64,000 nucleotides of DNA from Octopus sinensis (Eukaryota), in NCBI RefSeq assembly GCF_006345805.1, contig NC_042997.1, positions 158,596,001-158,660,000 on the forward strand. Reading direction: 5' to 3'. The first letter of the stretch is position 1, and the number at the start of each line of letters is the position of its first letter. This document shows positions 26,346 through 40,055 of the stretch, in pieces. The position numbers and the translations under genes are program-made. The notes under the pieces were generated by a model. It saw only the letters and a program-made list of their open reading frames with translations. It ran no database searches and was not told the origin of the DNA.

Positions 26346-27031
26346 TATATATATATTACACACATCTTGTTATATGCTTATATGTACGTATATATACTAT
26401 GTTCATGCATATGCATATATTTAAAGAGTATGAGTTTGTGTGTGTATGAGGAGGTGTGTTTGTGTGAGAGTTAATTTCTGCTGATTGACCAAAAGCTATT
26501 AACTGCAGAAATTAATATGTAAATTTTAATATTCTTTAACACATTTCAACTAAATGTTTCTAAAATGCCAGATACTCCGACTTTTATATTGCTACTCATT
26601 CGAGTGACAATGTAAGTCTGTTGTTATAATAAGATACAGATTTATATATTCTGTTTGAGTTTTCTAGGTTCAAGAAATCCTTGAATTATTTTAACTTAAA
26701 TGGGTTACGTACAAGTAGCTTATTGGAAGCATTTTATTACGACAGCGTACTCTTGATTTCAGTTCTTTTACTAGAACTCAGTTTTGAATTGAAATTTTAG
26801 AGCGAAATGATTCAATTCTTTTACTTGGATATAACTTATTACATATATATTGTTTCACTGGGACTCCAGCTGATACTTGTAATACAGTATTCAACCAAAT
26901 TGTTACAGTAAACTACATCAAGAGAAATCTGAAAGCCCAAGGATTCCAATACATAAAAAATTGGCAAAGTACACCACCCTCTCTCTTTCACCCCACACAA
27001 TCGCATACGTACATACGTTTATATAAATATA

Positions 27032-28053
27032 CTAGCAATAAAGACCCGTCGTTGCCGGGTCATAGTGCTAGTGCATGTATATATGTGTATATATATATAT
27101 ATGTGTACATATTACATGTAGAACTATATATATATATACATCTACACATAAAATACAAAATACAAAGTTATATCTTGATATCGCTAGTGATAACAATACT
27201 CAAAATATATAACAGACTGGAATTGTTAGCCCGTCTCTTGTAATTTCGATCAATTGTATCTTGTCCTCCCTCTTGTATAGAAGTGTGGCTACAATCCAGC
27301 CTACCTCTACTTCTGGGAGGGGGGCGTTTTAAATTTTTTTTCCGGGACGTCCTACGTCCCAGATATAAAGGTAGAAATGAAATATTTCCACTTTGCAAGT
27401 TCGAGTCGAGTACTCACTTGCACGCTCCGTTGACTCGAACCTTGCTTCTATTGTGGCGAATTTACCGCCTCTGATTAGATACCCTTCATAGTCGCACCAA
27501 AACACTTTTCGAAGGTGCTTTCCTCCATGTGTTCAAATCTTTTTTTCTCTACATTGTATACTTTATAGACAATAGTCTTTTCTTTAATTTAATTTTTTAT
27601 TATCCATCTGCACTATTCCATTTCTGCACGCTAATTTTATTTTTAATTTATTCCCATTCATGTGAAACCACTTATTCAAGTTCAAGTCATTGATGCAATT
27701 TTATACCAATTGGTATTTTTACTTTTGTTATGTTACAATTATATTATACTTTAGTTTGATTTTAATTATTACTTACTACATATAATTCAATTGTTATTAT
27801 TATTTTTATTGTTAAAGTGAAAGTATCTGACATAAAATAGAGAAACGTTTTTGTTACACTTTTAACACGTAATACTGAAATAGTGGAGAAGATATGATAT
27901 TGATATGGGCTCGCTCTAGGCAAGAAGTTGAACAGTTTTTGCCGATGACACTCCCCGGACCCTAAGTAAGGCATGTGTAAAATTTGAATGAAATTGGTTG
28001 TGTAGTTCTCAAGTTTTAGGGAAACACACAGGCAGACAGACAGACACATATAA

Positions 28054-28056
<3 letters not shown>
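27032..28056 (-). mobile_element. Non-autonomous Helitron (about 1.0 kb)
   Basis: Minus strand 5' A|TCTTTATATGTGTCTGTCTG; 3' GACCCG-GCAACGA-CGGGTC hairpin then tttattgCTAG|T. Confidence 0.8.
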
Positions 28057-28092
<36 letters not shown>

Positions 28093-28095
<3 letters not shown>

Positions 28096-28492
28096 TTTAC
28101 TTGTTTCAGTCATTTGACTGCGGCCATGCTGGAGCACCGCCTTTAGTCGAGCAAATCGACCCCAGGACTTCTTCATTGTAAGCCCAGTACTTATTCAATC
28201 GGTCTCTTTTGCCGAACCGCTAAGTGACAGGGACGTCAACACACCAGCATCGTTTGTCAAGCAATGCTAGGAGGACAAACACAGACACACAAACATATAC
28301 ACACAGATACATATATATATACATATACACGACAGGCTTCTTTCAGTTTCCGTCTACCAAATCCACTCACAAGGCTTTGGTCGGCCCGAGGCTATAGTAG
28401 AAGGCACTTGCCCAAGATGCCACGCAGTGGGACTGAACCCGGAACCATGTGGTTGGTTAGCAAGCTACTTACCACACAGCCACTCTTGCGCT
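28093..28492 (-). mobile_element. SINE family B, full length
   Basis: Colinear high-identity reverse complement of 29383-29785. Confidence 0.95.
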
Positions 28493-28584
28493 TATATATA
28501 TATATAAGTATGTATATGATTCGCCATGATAGATCGCTAGCCACTATACCTTTCTCTATTTTTCTCCCTCTTTATTCTGTGTTC

Positions 28585-28620
28585 CTTTCTGTCGAAGAGC
28601 GTAGGCTCGAAACGTAAAAG
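28585..28620 (+). ncRNA. Minimal type-I hammerhead-like motif with A6U core (CTGTCGA)
   Basis: cttt-CTGTCGA-a-gagc(gtag)gctc-GAAA-CGTA-aaag: stems I and II perfect, palindromic stem III, GUA triplet. Confidence 0.65.
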
Positions 28621-28703
28621 TCTTTCTCACTTCGCAAGCGTTAAACTAATACATCAGTTTGTTGGTTACACACCCGTCTTCGTCATTTTTTTTTTGTAAA
28701 TTC

Positions 28704-28740
<37 letters not shown>

Positions 28741-29324
28741 TGGAATATTTTTAATTTAAGCATGTGTTAACTTTGTGAAGTGATGGTTGCATCCAACGAA
28801 ATACAGATCCAGCACCTAGTATTTTGGGGGAATGACATTCCCTTAAAACAATAGGTATATATTAATCATATAGTGTCTAAACATTTAAAATAAAAAATAA
28901 AATGGAGATAGGGAAGTTAATAATTATTTATTATTAAGAAATTGGTCATCATCGCTTCTTATACCTGTTTCAATTAATACTCAGTAGTTTAATTACAAAT
29001 TTTTACATTAAATTTACATATGTGACATGAGTATAATTTCATCTGAGAAAGAAAAATGTACCTTTGGAAATTATGTGGGCCTATGAATTCATTTAAGCAG
29101 AGTCTGCTGAAATGAATTGGTAGGTCTACATATAACATCCAATGGTACACTTTTTTTCTCTGATGAAATTATACTCAAGGCATATATATGTAAATCTAAT
29201 GTACAAATTTGTAATTAAATTATTGAGTATCAATTGAAACGGCTAAAAGAAGCGAAGATGATCAATTTGTTAATAATAATAATTAACTCCCTTATCTCCA
29301 TTTTCTTTTCTTTATATATATATG

Positions 29325-29382
<58 letters not shown>

Positions 29383-29384
<2 letters not shown>

Positions 29385-29785
29385 CGCAGGAGTGGCTGTG
29401 TGGTAAGTAGCTTGTTTACCAACCACATGGTTCCGGGTTCAGTCCCACTGCGTGGCACCTTGGGCAAGTGTCTTCTACTATAGCCTCGGGCCGACCAAAG
29501 CCTTGTGAGTGGATTTGGTAGACGGAAACTGAAAGAAGCCCGTCGTATATATGTATATATATGCGTGTGTGTGTTTGTGTGTCTGTGTTTGTCCCCCTAG
29601 CATCGCTTGACAACCGATGCTGGTGTGTTTATGTCCCTGTTACTTAGCGGTTCGGCAAAAGAGACCGATAGAATAAGTACTGGGCTTACAAAAGAATAAG
29701 TCCCGGTGTCGAGTTGCTCGATTAAAGGTGGTGCTCCAGCATGGCCGCAGTCAAATGACTGAAACAAGTAAAAGAGTAAAAGAGT
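29383..29785 (+). mobile_element. SINE family B, full length
   Basis: tRNA-like head ggcgcaggagtggctgtgtggtaag...ggttccgggttcagtccc; internal (TG)n; tail aaacaagtaaaagagtaaaagag; flanked by (TA)n. Confidence 0.95.
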
Positions 29786-30960
29786 ATATATATATATATA
29801 CATATATATACATACAAATATATGTGTGTTTATGAGGTAGATGTGTATGCATTGCATACACTTATGTCCAGGCCATATATGTTATGATAATGAATAAGAA
29901 CTATTACCGTTAGTTATTCGTCAGACAATAATTTTGGTTGTTATATGATAGGTTATTATACTGAAAGATGGAATAAATCAAGTAGAGGAGCGGCTAACCT
30001 ACGCCAATCCTGCAGCATTAGCATTCTGAAGAACTGCCCACTTAATGTTTCATGTTTGGCTAAGATGATATTATATAGCACTAAGTTAATAATAAATAAT
30101 AACAGTAATTCAAATGTAGGTACCACGCACATAAGCGTTTATTTACCAGCTTTGCTGAAAATAGGTTGCAGTTTTGATGAAATTCATATGGTTCTTACAT
30201 GAAACAAGCTCTCACGCTAATAACTATAGGAAAGAAAACGTCAAATATAAAATAACGGGCACTTTTTCTTTTTTGAAAGGTCAGAGTGTTGATTTAAGGC
30301 AGTAAAGGATTCATCAAAAGCACTTTTTTTACCTGGTTTAGCGAGAAGCGTTTATTTTGAAGTGAGCGCTTTAAAGAAAGGTTAAACACTACGTGAATTT
30401 CGGAAGAGAGGAGGGTTTAGAGTGCCCCACCCCCCTTGCATGAGGTTTTCATACCACATACAACGATACATATAAGTGTAAAGATGTTTTGATTATTGGC
30501 TTTCTGTATTCCAACGATAACCAAGAACTAGAGAGAAAGCGTTACAATGAAACAGACATGTTTGTGTATGACACTGGAGTGTCTCTGTAGAAAGTATTGA
30601 GATAAGGATTTCCAAAGAATTTTCATGTTTTGTTGTTCTTTTTAAATACATTTAAACACACGATAATTCAGGATCAGATAGTCAGTTGAAAAATCAGAAA
30701 CACGAAAATCGAAATACTGGCATATTTGTTCTATTCAGTTATATCATATTCAGCAATACTCAATATTTCCGTATTGAATTTTGGAATCATTCCTTCTTGG
30801 TGAATAAAAGAAACTTATATACGAGCATGTACACACACACTCACACACACACAAACACACAAACACACACACACACACACATACACCGTCTTTGTTAAGC
30901 AACAGAGTCATTAAAAGTCTACACACATCTGTAAAATATGCATACAGCATATACAACTTC

Positions 30961-30973
30961 ATCCGTCTATCTG

Positions 30974-31067
<94 letters not shown>

Positions 31068-31109
31068 AATCTATCTATCAATCTATCTATCTATCTAACT
31101 ATCTACCTA

Positions 31110-31140
<31 letters not shown>

Positions 31141-31250
31141 ATCTATCTATCTATATGTATGTCTGTCTGTTTGTCTGCCTATCCATCTATCTATCTATCT
31201 ATCTGTCTGTCTGTCTATATATCTACCTATCAATAAATCTATCTATCTAT
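30961..31250. repeat. (ATCT)n microsatellite
   Basis: Direct reading. Confidence 0.97.
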
Positions 31251-31752
31251 TTACGTAACTAAGCTATGTATTTATTGATATACGTATATATGCATATATA
31301 AATGTCTGTGTATATGTGTGCGTGTGTGTGTGTATGTGTGTGTGTAAATGTCTGCGATATCCCTTAATAAAATGTTTTCCTTTCGTTTCACTAATACTCT
31401 CCGCAGCTTGATGTATATTTATTGCCCTACTTTAAAATTATATGTCATGATAAAAGAGATGACACTATCAGTAAAACATACCTACAATTCATTAAGGACA
31501 GAAAATATAATAACTCAAATATATTCGTCTACTACTGTAATGAAACCTTTCAGCTGTCCCTCCACCTCTACATCGATATTATTTAATTCCAGTGTTTTGT
31601 TTTATGATACGCGATTATCTCGGAGATAAATCGTAAATTTGGCTAAATATACAGGAATGTATCCAGCGGTGCATGCGCACATACACAGTTGTGTGTATGT
31701 GTACATACACATATATATATATATATATATATATTTATATGCATATATACAT

Positions 31753-31800
<48 letters not shown>

Positions 31801-32179
31801 GTACGCGTGCAATTTATACCTATATTCATTTGTTCACGTATGAATATAGTTTCCTACATACGCACGTACATCCATATGTATGTGTGTATGCATGTATGTA
31901 TGTATGTAAGTATATACTCGCATATTTAACTGCTGCAACTGAGTAGCATCTCCAATCGTGTACGAATTCGTATTGTGTATAATACTCTCGCTATTATAGG
32001 TGTCCACGCGAACGAGTGCTGATAAAGATGACTTATCATCTTTGACTCAGCGGGATGTCCAAAAACTGAACGACACATTGGTTATCAACCCTGAAAAGAC
32101 GGTTGTCAAACTTCGCCACGTTCATGAATTGGAAGCCTAACCGAATATTGGTTTCATATTTTGACATAAGGCTAGAAAT

Positions 32180-32338
32180 TTCGTGGGGAGAGGTAAGTCT
32201 ATTACATTGACCCCCAAAGATCAACTGGTAAAACGTAAAGTCGACCTCAGCGGAATTCGAACGCAGAATATAAAGACAGACGAAAAGACCGCTAAGCGTT
32301 TTCCCCGCTGTGCTAACGATTCTGCTAACTCGCTGCCT
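32180..32338 (-). mobile_element. SINE family A
   Basis: aaagtcgacctcagcggaattcgaacgcagaa...gctaacgattctgctaactcgctgcctt. Confidence 0.85.
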
Positions 32339-32426
32339 TAAACTTGAACAGATATTGGAATGCGATTTATCAGATGTACTAAGAATTCAGCCAGTAAATA
32401 ACATTATATATTGACAAACACGATAC

Positions 32427-32506
<80 letters not shown>

Positions 32507-32530
32507 TTTATTTAAAAGCAGCATAAATTC

Positions 32531-32585
32531 AACAAAACCTGTTACTCGGAGTTTCACGTTCCCGTTCATCGGGCAGTTTTTGTTT
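32531..32585 (-). ncRNA. Type-I hammerhead motif with long stem I and U4C core (CCGATGA)
   Basis: Minus strand aaacaaaaactgc-CCGATGA-acg(ggaa)cgt-GAA-ACTC(C)GAGT-A-acaggttttgtt; stem I 10 of 12 pairs, stem II 3 bp with GGAA loop, GUA triplet. Confidence 0.75.
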
Positions 32586-32662
32586 AAATAAAGCATATTA
32601 CTCTACCCCTGGTATTTGAGTGCTCTTTTTTCCACCTTGTTTCACATTTATGTGTTTACTCC

Positions 32663-32705
<43 letters not shown>

Positions 32706-33000
32706 CTAGCAGAGATACCCGGCGTTGCTCGTGTCACACGGAATTGAAGCATTACACTTTTCTTTTATATTTTCTTTAATGGACTGGAATACCTATGATT
32801 CGAATTTCATCAAAATTGGAGACTAAGATTTTTAATGAGAGTTCTTTCCTTCTTTACATACCATAACAAAAATTCAAATCATGGCATATTTATCCCATAC
32901 TACTCATCTTTATGCCCAGATTCCAAAATCGAAATCTTATAAAACCTATTCAAAAATGTTTCTGCATCGTCGCTTTGTACACCTTGTACTATAGAGTCTG
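32706..33000 (-). mobile_element. Helitron 3' terminus (left boundary firm, right boundary unresolved)
   Basis: Minus strand acacgagcaacgccgggtatctctgCTAG|T. Confidence 0.6.
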
Positions 33001-33252
33001 TACACCTTATACTATTGCTTTGCAGTTCATCTGAGTTGTTTACCCTAATTACTATGCAATTCCAGTTAGCACACATGTTTTTTTCAAATAGATATGTTCT
33101 CACCTCTCTAATACTTTAATGGCCAAAATGACCATCCCTAAATATAACGAAACATGTTTCAACACACAATTTCACATCAAGAATATTGCAAGGCAAATTC
33201 ATTAACGTAATAAGTATATAAATGTATGTGTGTGTGTGTGTGTGTGTATGTG

Positions 33253-33303
<51 letters not shown>

Positions 33304-33763
33304 ACATATTTTGAATTCTCCTGCTCGGAATAGAATAAGAGTGGTTAGTGTACGTAAATTTAATATGCCATATACAATAAAATAAAGCGATATATATATA
33401 TATATAACAGTATAAAAGCAACATGTACCTATAACAACTTGCCGGAGCCTACAAACCGTAGTCAACATACCGCAGTTATAGGAAATTAAACAACTCGCCG
33501 TTATGCAAAGAAGAGTTATATTTCTTTACAATGTTTTGTATAATAAAAAAAGTGTTATAAAAGTACATTTTGGAAAAGAAAATTTCAAAAATGCAAATAT
33601 CTAAAAGCGAATTATTTTTTTCACATTCTCAGGAAATCCCTGCCCCCATTATCGAATGTGTTTGAAATCTAAAATTAGCAACTAATTACTTTCTACATAA
33701 TTAGTTTACATTACTAACATGTAATTTGCCAAGTAAAATTGAAAGCGGCGAAAATTTTTTATT

Positions 33764-33803
<40 letters not shown>

Positions 33804-36800
33804 GTGTGTGTGTGTTTGTGTGAATGTGTGCGTATGTTGATGTAAATATATGCAAACGCACACATATGTATATACATATATATTCACACATATTGTATAG
33901 CTTTGGCCCATTTCCCATCTTCAAAAAATGAATGAGATGATCAAATTTAAATATCGACGCATGTTTTTGTTCTCTACGTTATTTTTTTTTCTTTGTCGAC
34001 TCGGGTTTAAAGTTTGGCACATATACAGTAATGCATAAACTTGTGTGTTCTATTTAAAATACCTATATTTAGAATTTTAAAAGAAAATTATAAAACTGAC
34101 CTCTGCAGTAAGTTAATTGTGGCAAATTTGGCCTGGAATAGTAGGTTGTAGCCAGTTAACTTATTCTCAGGAATAAAAGGGGTTTGTACGTAGAAAAGGA
34201 AAATGTAGCATCCTATGCCACGCAAAATATGCTGTGAAGTGGTTATGGTTTGTGTAGTGGTTGTTGTTGATTAGTAATATTAAATCAGCCTACATAAAAT
34301 TAATATGTTACTAGCCTATCGCTTTTTTTCGTTTTCTTTTTACTCAGACAATATATCTAGTAGTACAAATTTTAATGGGCATATTTTTAGAGCCGGCGTA
34401 TGTGATTTGAGGAAGATTTCGATTATGCTTATTTTTACATGTGGAGCGACATAATAGCGGCCCTTATTAGTTGATAGAACCGTTGGTGGTAGCGGACAGT
34501 CAATGTAAGATGGCACTCAAAGCAAAAATCTTGTAGCACATACATGAATAATTCACGAGATGATTTATTAGAAATTTTAACTGAGCATATACATAAAACG
34601 CATATATTAAGGAAGACGGAAGAAAATTTGTTTTGTGTTGACAAATTATATTCATGAAGAAGTAAATCAAATCGAAAAACTGATGTTTATATAACTAGAA
34701 TTGTTTCTGAAGATAAACTTAATTAAAGTCCCTGTAGATGAACAATACATTTATGAAATATAGAAATTTATGATTCTATTAATATGGAAATGCTTTCGAA
34801 ATATAGATGCCGCTAGAATACCAATATGGAGAAAATGTAAGGACGATTTCGAAAGGCGAACACGTTGAATAAACAAATAAAAGAAAGTGATTAAGAAGTA
34901 ATATGAAAAGTGATATCTACTTCAATGAAGATTTTGTAAAATGTACAACATATTATTAGTATTATTACTATTATTTATGTTATCATTGTTGTTATTGCTT
35001 TACTGCATGCATGAAGGACAGGTAGTGCCGATACGTATCATTGATTCTGATTTACAGAAAATGCATGTCTGGTTATTTGTCAAAATGTTTTTGATACACT
35101 GTGGCTACATGTCTATCTTCCCATACATTCACAATACTATAGCAGTTATTATTTCTATAATTTGTTTATTGGATACCACATTTGCTCACACCAACTTTGT
35201 TTCATCTTCCTCACTCAGTTATCACCCCTAATATTGACCACATCGTGATACTGGATTAAAACTGTGCCAAATATCATCCACTAAATTGCATCTGTCTTAT
35301 ATTTTGTTTATTCGTCAACACTTCTTCAATTTCCTATAATGGCGCTTTAGTTATCAATGCTTCAGTAAGGTGTTTACATTGGAGGAAATACAGAATTTTG
35401 ATTTTACATAGTAATGCATTTAAGCCTTTGTGCATGATTCATAATCAAAAGCAGTACTCAGATTGGTTAACATATAGGTGAGACAAATCACTGGTGTTTA
35501 AAATACGGAAAGAAACCAACCCGATGGTGAAGGGTAAAGGAAATTAATCTAGGTCACTAGAAACACGATTGTTATTATCATATTCGTTGATTATTCTTAT
35601 CCATCTGTTTATGAAAGCAATATTGATATCCAAGATGATTTTTGACGTGGTGTCAATTGAGAACATCTTAATTGTGTTTCTTTTTTATACGCTTTATCAG
35701 AATTTCATCTCTTAGGTCTGACATTTTCTCTTGGTTTCTTTCTTTAAACATAATTTCAATAGATTCGATGTATTTATGGCCCATCTGTGTTTTTTTCATT
35801 CTTCATGTGATACATTAACGATCTATTTCACTGCTTATTCTCTACCAATATGATACTGAGTACGGTTAGCCTTAACATTTTACAGACATGTGTCATCAAA
35901 ACCCAGTCTAGATTTGCATTAATAGCGCTGTCTTAGAGATATGCAGCAAGAAAGCAACTCAGTTACCGCGTTCTAGAACTTCATTATTTCAATAAATAAA
36001 TACAAACAATTAAGCTATTCAACAAAACCGAAAATTACAGCTTCATCCCCTTTCAAACTACTAAAATACTGTCAATTATTTATGTGAAAAAGACGCACAC
36101 GACTACATATTCTTAACTCATTAACAAATTGCTTAGAAAAAGCCTATGCAGTGTATATTCCATAGTAATGCTGTACCAATAACATAGCCAAAACTAAATT
36201 TCAAAGGCATCTTTTTCTATATATAGGCTAATATTTCAATAGTGAGCTGTGGTTCGACCTCTACAAAAATGTAGGCTATTCGCGAAAAATTACTCCACAT
36301 ACTGAATTCTAGAGTGCATTTAAAGAAATGCCATTTATTTATTGGCATACTCTCAAACTTACTCTTGAGGTCAGTAATAAAACTACAAGGTTAGCAATAC
36401 ACTGCGCCATACCATTTTATTTTTATTGTAATTACCCTGTGTCTGTTTTTGCTAGCCAGGAATTTTATAATTATAAAATCCATTAATTGCACTAACCTTA
36501 TCTTCATTCCGCAGCCCTAGTTGTTACACATGACCCCTTTTATTAAACACTTTTAATAATCACTTTTGACCAGGCTATAATTACCTTAACTTATACGTTT
36601 TCGCTAAACACATTGAATCCAGAAGTCAACAACTAAGCATGAACCTGTATTAGCGTTACCATTCTGAGCGAATATGTAAAGGATTTGATAACTCATACAA
36701 TAAAATAATATAAAATAAGCCTTGTTTTTCGTAAGATTTATCTTTATAAGCCAAAGCAGAAAAAAAAAACGCTATCTTCTTATAACAGTGCTGACATTTC

Positions 36801-36864
36801 CTCTGTGAATACAACTGAAGAATTTCGAAACATATCATTCAGTTTCTTAATATTATCATATTGT

Positions 36865-37293
36865 GATCCCCTTCGGTCATGAATGACCATGGGGTTGCAC
36901 CTAAACAGTTACCCTCTGAGGCACAAGTCTATGGAAGACCAGCAGTCGCCCATGCATAGTGACCATCCCTCTCCACGCCACCGATGTTATCTAAGGGAAA
37001 GGCAAAGGCCGATACAGCCTCATTTATTAACATGCAAGTGGCTAAGCACTCCACAGACACGTGTATTCTTAACGTGTCTCGGGGGGATTCAGCGTGACAC
37101 AGAGTGTGACAAGGCCCTTTGAAATACAGATATTTCAGGAAGAAAGTTGTGGTGAAAGAGTACAGCAGCGTTCACCACCACCCCCTGCCGGAGCCTCGTG
37201 GAGCTCTAGGTGTTTTTGCTCAATAAACACTCACAGTGCCCAGTCTCGAAATCGAAACCACTGACCCTAACCACTGGGCCATTGCGCCTCCAC
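36865..37293 (-). mobile_element. SINE family C, near full length
   Basis: Minus-strand head gtggaggcgcaatggcccagtggttaggg...tttcgatttcgagactggg; 3' tail gcatgggcgactgctggtc...catggtcattcatgaccgaagggg. Confidence 0.75.
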
Positions 37294-38096
37294 TAATATT
37301 ATCATAAATAATAACTAATGACTATACTTCATTTTGTTATCCTCAAAAGGCCTTTCTATATATTGTTTCACCTCAGACCAGTACTGGTTGAGCGGAGCTA
37401 CCATTAAAGTTGTTTCAAACGCAGTTATTCTCTTCTTTTTTTTTTCGCTTTTCACTGTCTACATTGCTCAATGTATCAATTTTTATTTCGAACACTTGTG
37501 TACACTTTGACTACTGTTTAGAGCAACTCGAGAGACAGATTTGTGGCTCCCACCTTTAGAAAGTGTGGAACTTATGGCCTTCGCGAAGACAATATACGTT
37601 TAGCTCAATACGTCACCAGCCAGACTGGTCTCAATTTATTTGGAGTCTATTTCCTCTTCTCGGTCTCTTGGCACATAGCCGTGAGAATTTGTGTGAATTT
37701 GTGTGAATATTTTCGATTATTGATGCAGCACACAACACTCAGTCATTTATTCAAGACGTTTCTTCAAGAGAACACTGCTTTTGAGAGGCTTCTCATTAAA
37801 TTGTTCAAAAGCTAAGGATAATGTTTTAATTTAGCACAGCAAATTAAACAGAATGCCACCACAGATTACAACAGTCGACTATAATACATTCCGTCTATAT
37901 CTGTTTAGGGATAGATGAACTGTTATTGAAATTAATTATTGGAGTTACTGTTGCAAGGCAATAGCATCGACAGTATCTAAACTACTCATCCCTTGTCGGA
38001 TTGTGCGTCACCATTATTATTTAACCATCCTTCTCACCTATTTGTCACAAACGAATAGTTCCTTTAACAGCTACTTAATATAGGGTCACTCAATAA

Positions 38097-38300
38097 GTCG
38101 GTGATCTGGCAGAATCATTAGGACGCCAAGTAAAATGGTGAGTGGCATTTCGTCCATCTTTACGCTCTGATTTGAAATTCCACCGAGCTAACTTTGCCTT
38201 TCATCGTTTAGGGGTTGATGAAAAAAGTACCAGTTGAGCACACTGATGTTGATGTAGTCGACTAGCCCTCTACCCCGAAAATGTCGGCTTTGTACGAAAA
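38097..38300 (+). mobile_element. SINE family A (degenerate)
   Basis: ctggcagaatcattaggacgcc...tttgaaattccaccgag...ctttgcctttcatc. Confidence 0.85.
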
Positions 38301-38382
38301 TTTGAAACTCATCTTGTGTCTCTCAATCGATTTTATTTGTTTCACCTATATTTCCCGAATAATTTCTTTACCGTGCCTCACA

Positions 38383-38448
<66 letters not shown>

Positions 38449-39245
38449 TACATACATACATACATACATACATAGCGGACGTCATGAGTTTAGATAAATT
38501 TGCATGTCATGATGACAAGCTGGATATGTTTCAACACTGACCCCTTGCCAGGTCGAGAAAATACTTTTTAACTCAGTCTAAGCTCATTCGCATTACGTGA
38601 GATTATTATTCTCGCTATATCATGCGAATTTATCCATAACTAGGAATGTAAACTGCATGATTTTTGCGTACGCATGCCATCACTTGCTTTCTTTCCATCT
38701 GATTTTTGCGACATATAACTATTTTTCTTTTTATTCATGAATATCATCAGTAAAGGTATTTATGTAGTTTTCATTCCAATCACTGGACCTCATGATCACG
38801 TTCAAACATAGTGTTATCAGCAAATAACATACATATATACATACATACTTACATATATAAACACACATACACACCTGTGTGTATACATATATACTACTTT
38901 AGAAAGTGCTTTACTTCTCATCTTTGACTCAATGGCTTCCGTTATTCATTACATATTTTAATTATATTATGAGCACAAATATTGAAATTGTATTACACTG
39001 CAGCGGAGAGCAATATTTAAGATACAAGCGAATCAATAGTGAAAACAATTAATAACCTATATATTGTCATAAACAAAACTAATATAAAATGTCTTCATTC
39101 TCTGAAGGAGTTAAAATAATCAATGGTTACCATCAGCGGGAGGTTATATTATCAAATTTCGGACAGACGAAAACCAAATATATGTTGTCCATAACTTTCC
39201 AAAAGGCGTCAGTGTTGAAACTTAACAGCTATAACCAAAAATAGA

Positions 39246-40055
39246 ATAGACTAACCCGGCGTTGACCGAGAATGAAATTGCTCCTTATATGTTAGAAGAA
39301 AAAAAGCAATATATGTTATATAGAAAATTGTTATTCTAAATTCAATTATGTTTTATAGAAATTTGTTATTCTAAATTTAATTTATTTTTCAATTGGGACA
39401 CATCATGAAATCAATTCTGAATTCATAATACAAAATAAATAAAGAGATAATAATAAACGAAGGGGGATAAATTATATTTACACATGTTGAAGTTGCAACA
39501 CTTTCGTCAAACGTGTTCATTCTATCTTGACCAAGACGCCTACGTCTTTCCTCTGAGGATTGGCGAAGTCTTGCAGCAACTGTTTGCTCCTGTTTTTTTT
39601 TGTTCTTGGTCTCATCTCCCACTGATGTATTGTCTCATTGGCAACTGTGGCAGCTTGTCTTTGCCATGCATCCCTTAAACGATTTTTCTCTTTCCTGTTT
39701 AGACTCTTGGCTCCTACGGATTGCATTTTGTTGACGTAATTGCTCAAACCGTTTTTCCTGTGCCTCTTGTGACTCTTGGGTACAGCAGCTCTCCTTCGAT
39801 CATTTTCATGTCTTTTCTGTCGTTGTGCAGGGGTCTCTAGTGACCTTACACTGGCTACCTGAACTCGTCTTTGCTTCACTGTAGAATACTGACCATCTAC
39901 ATCTGCCCCATCTCTTTTTGTAGAGAGTGAGAATATTTTACTCGGAAAATTTTGAAAATTAAAATGGGGATTAAATGAAGAAATGAGGAATGTTACGTGA
40001 ATATCTTCGCAAGTGTGATTGAAATAAACGCGCGCGCACACTCACACACACAGTA
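39246..40055 (-). mobile_element. Internally deleted Helitron retaining a Rep/Hel N-terminal-like ORF
   Basis: 3' hairpin ctcgg-tcaacg-ccggg then ttagtctat; ORFs 39517-40041 and 39389-39622 contain ETPAQRQKRHENDRRRAA and RQSSEERRRRLGQDR, like the ETxEQRxxRL repeats at Helitron Rep/Hel N-termini. Confidence 0.65.
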
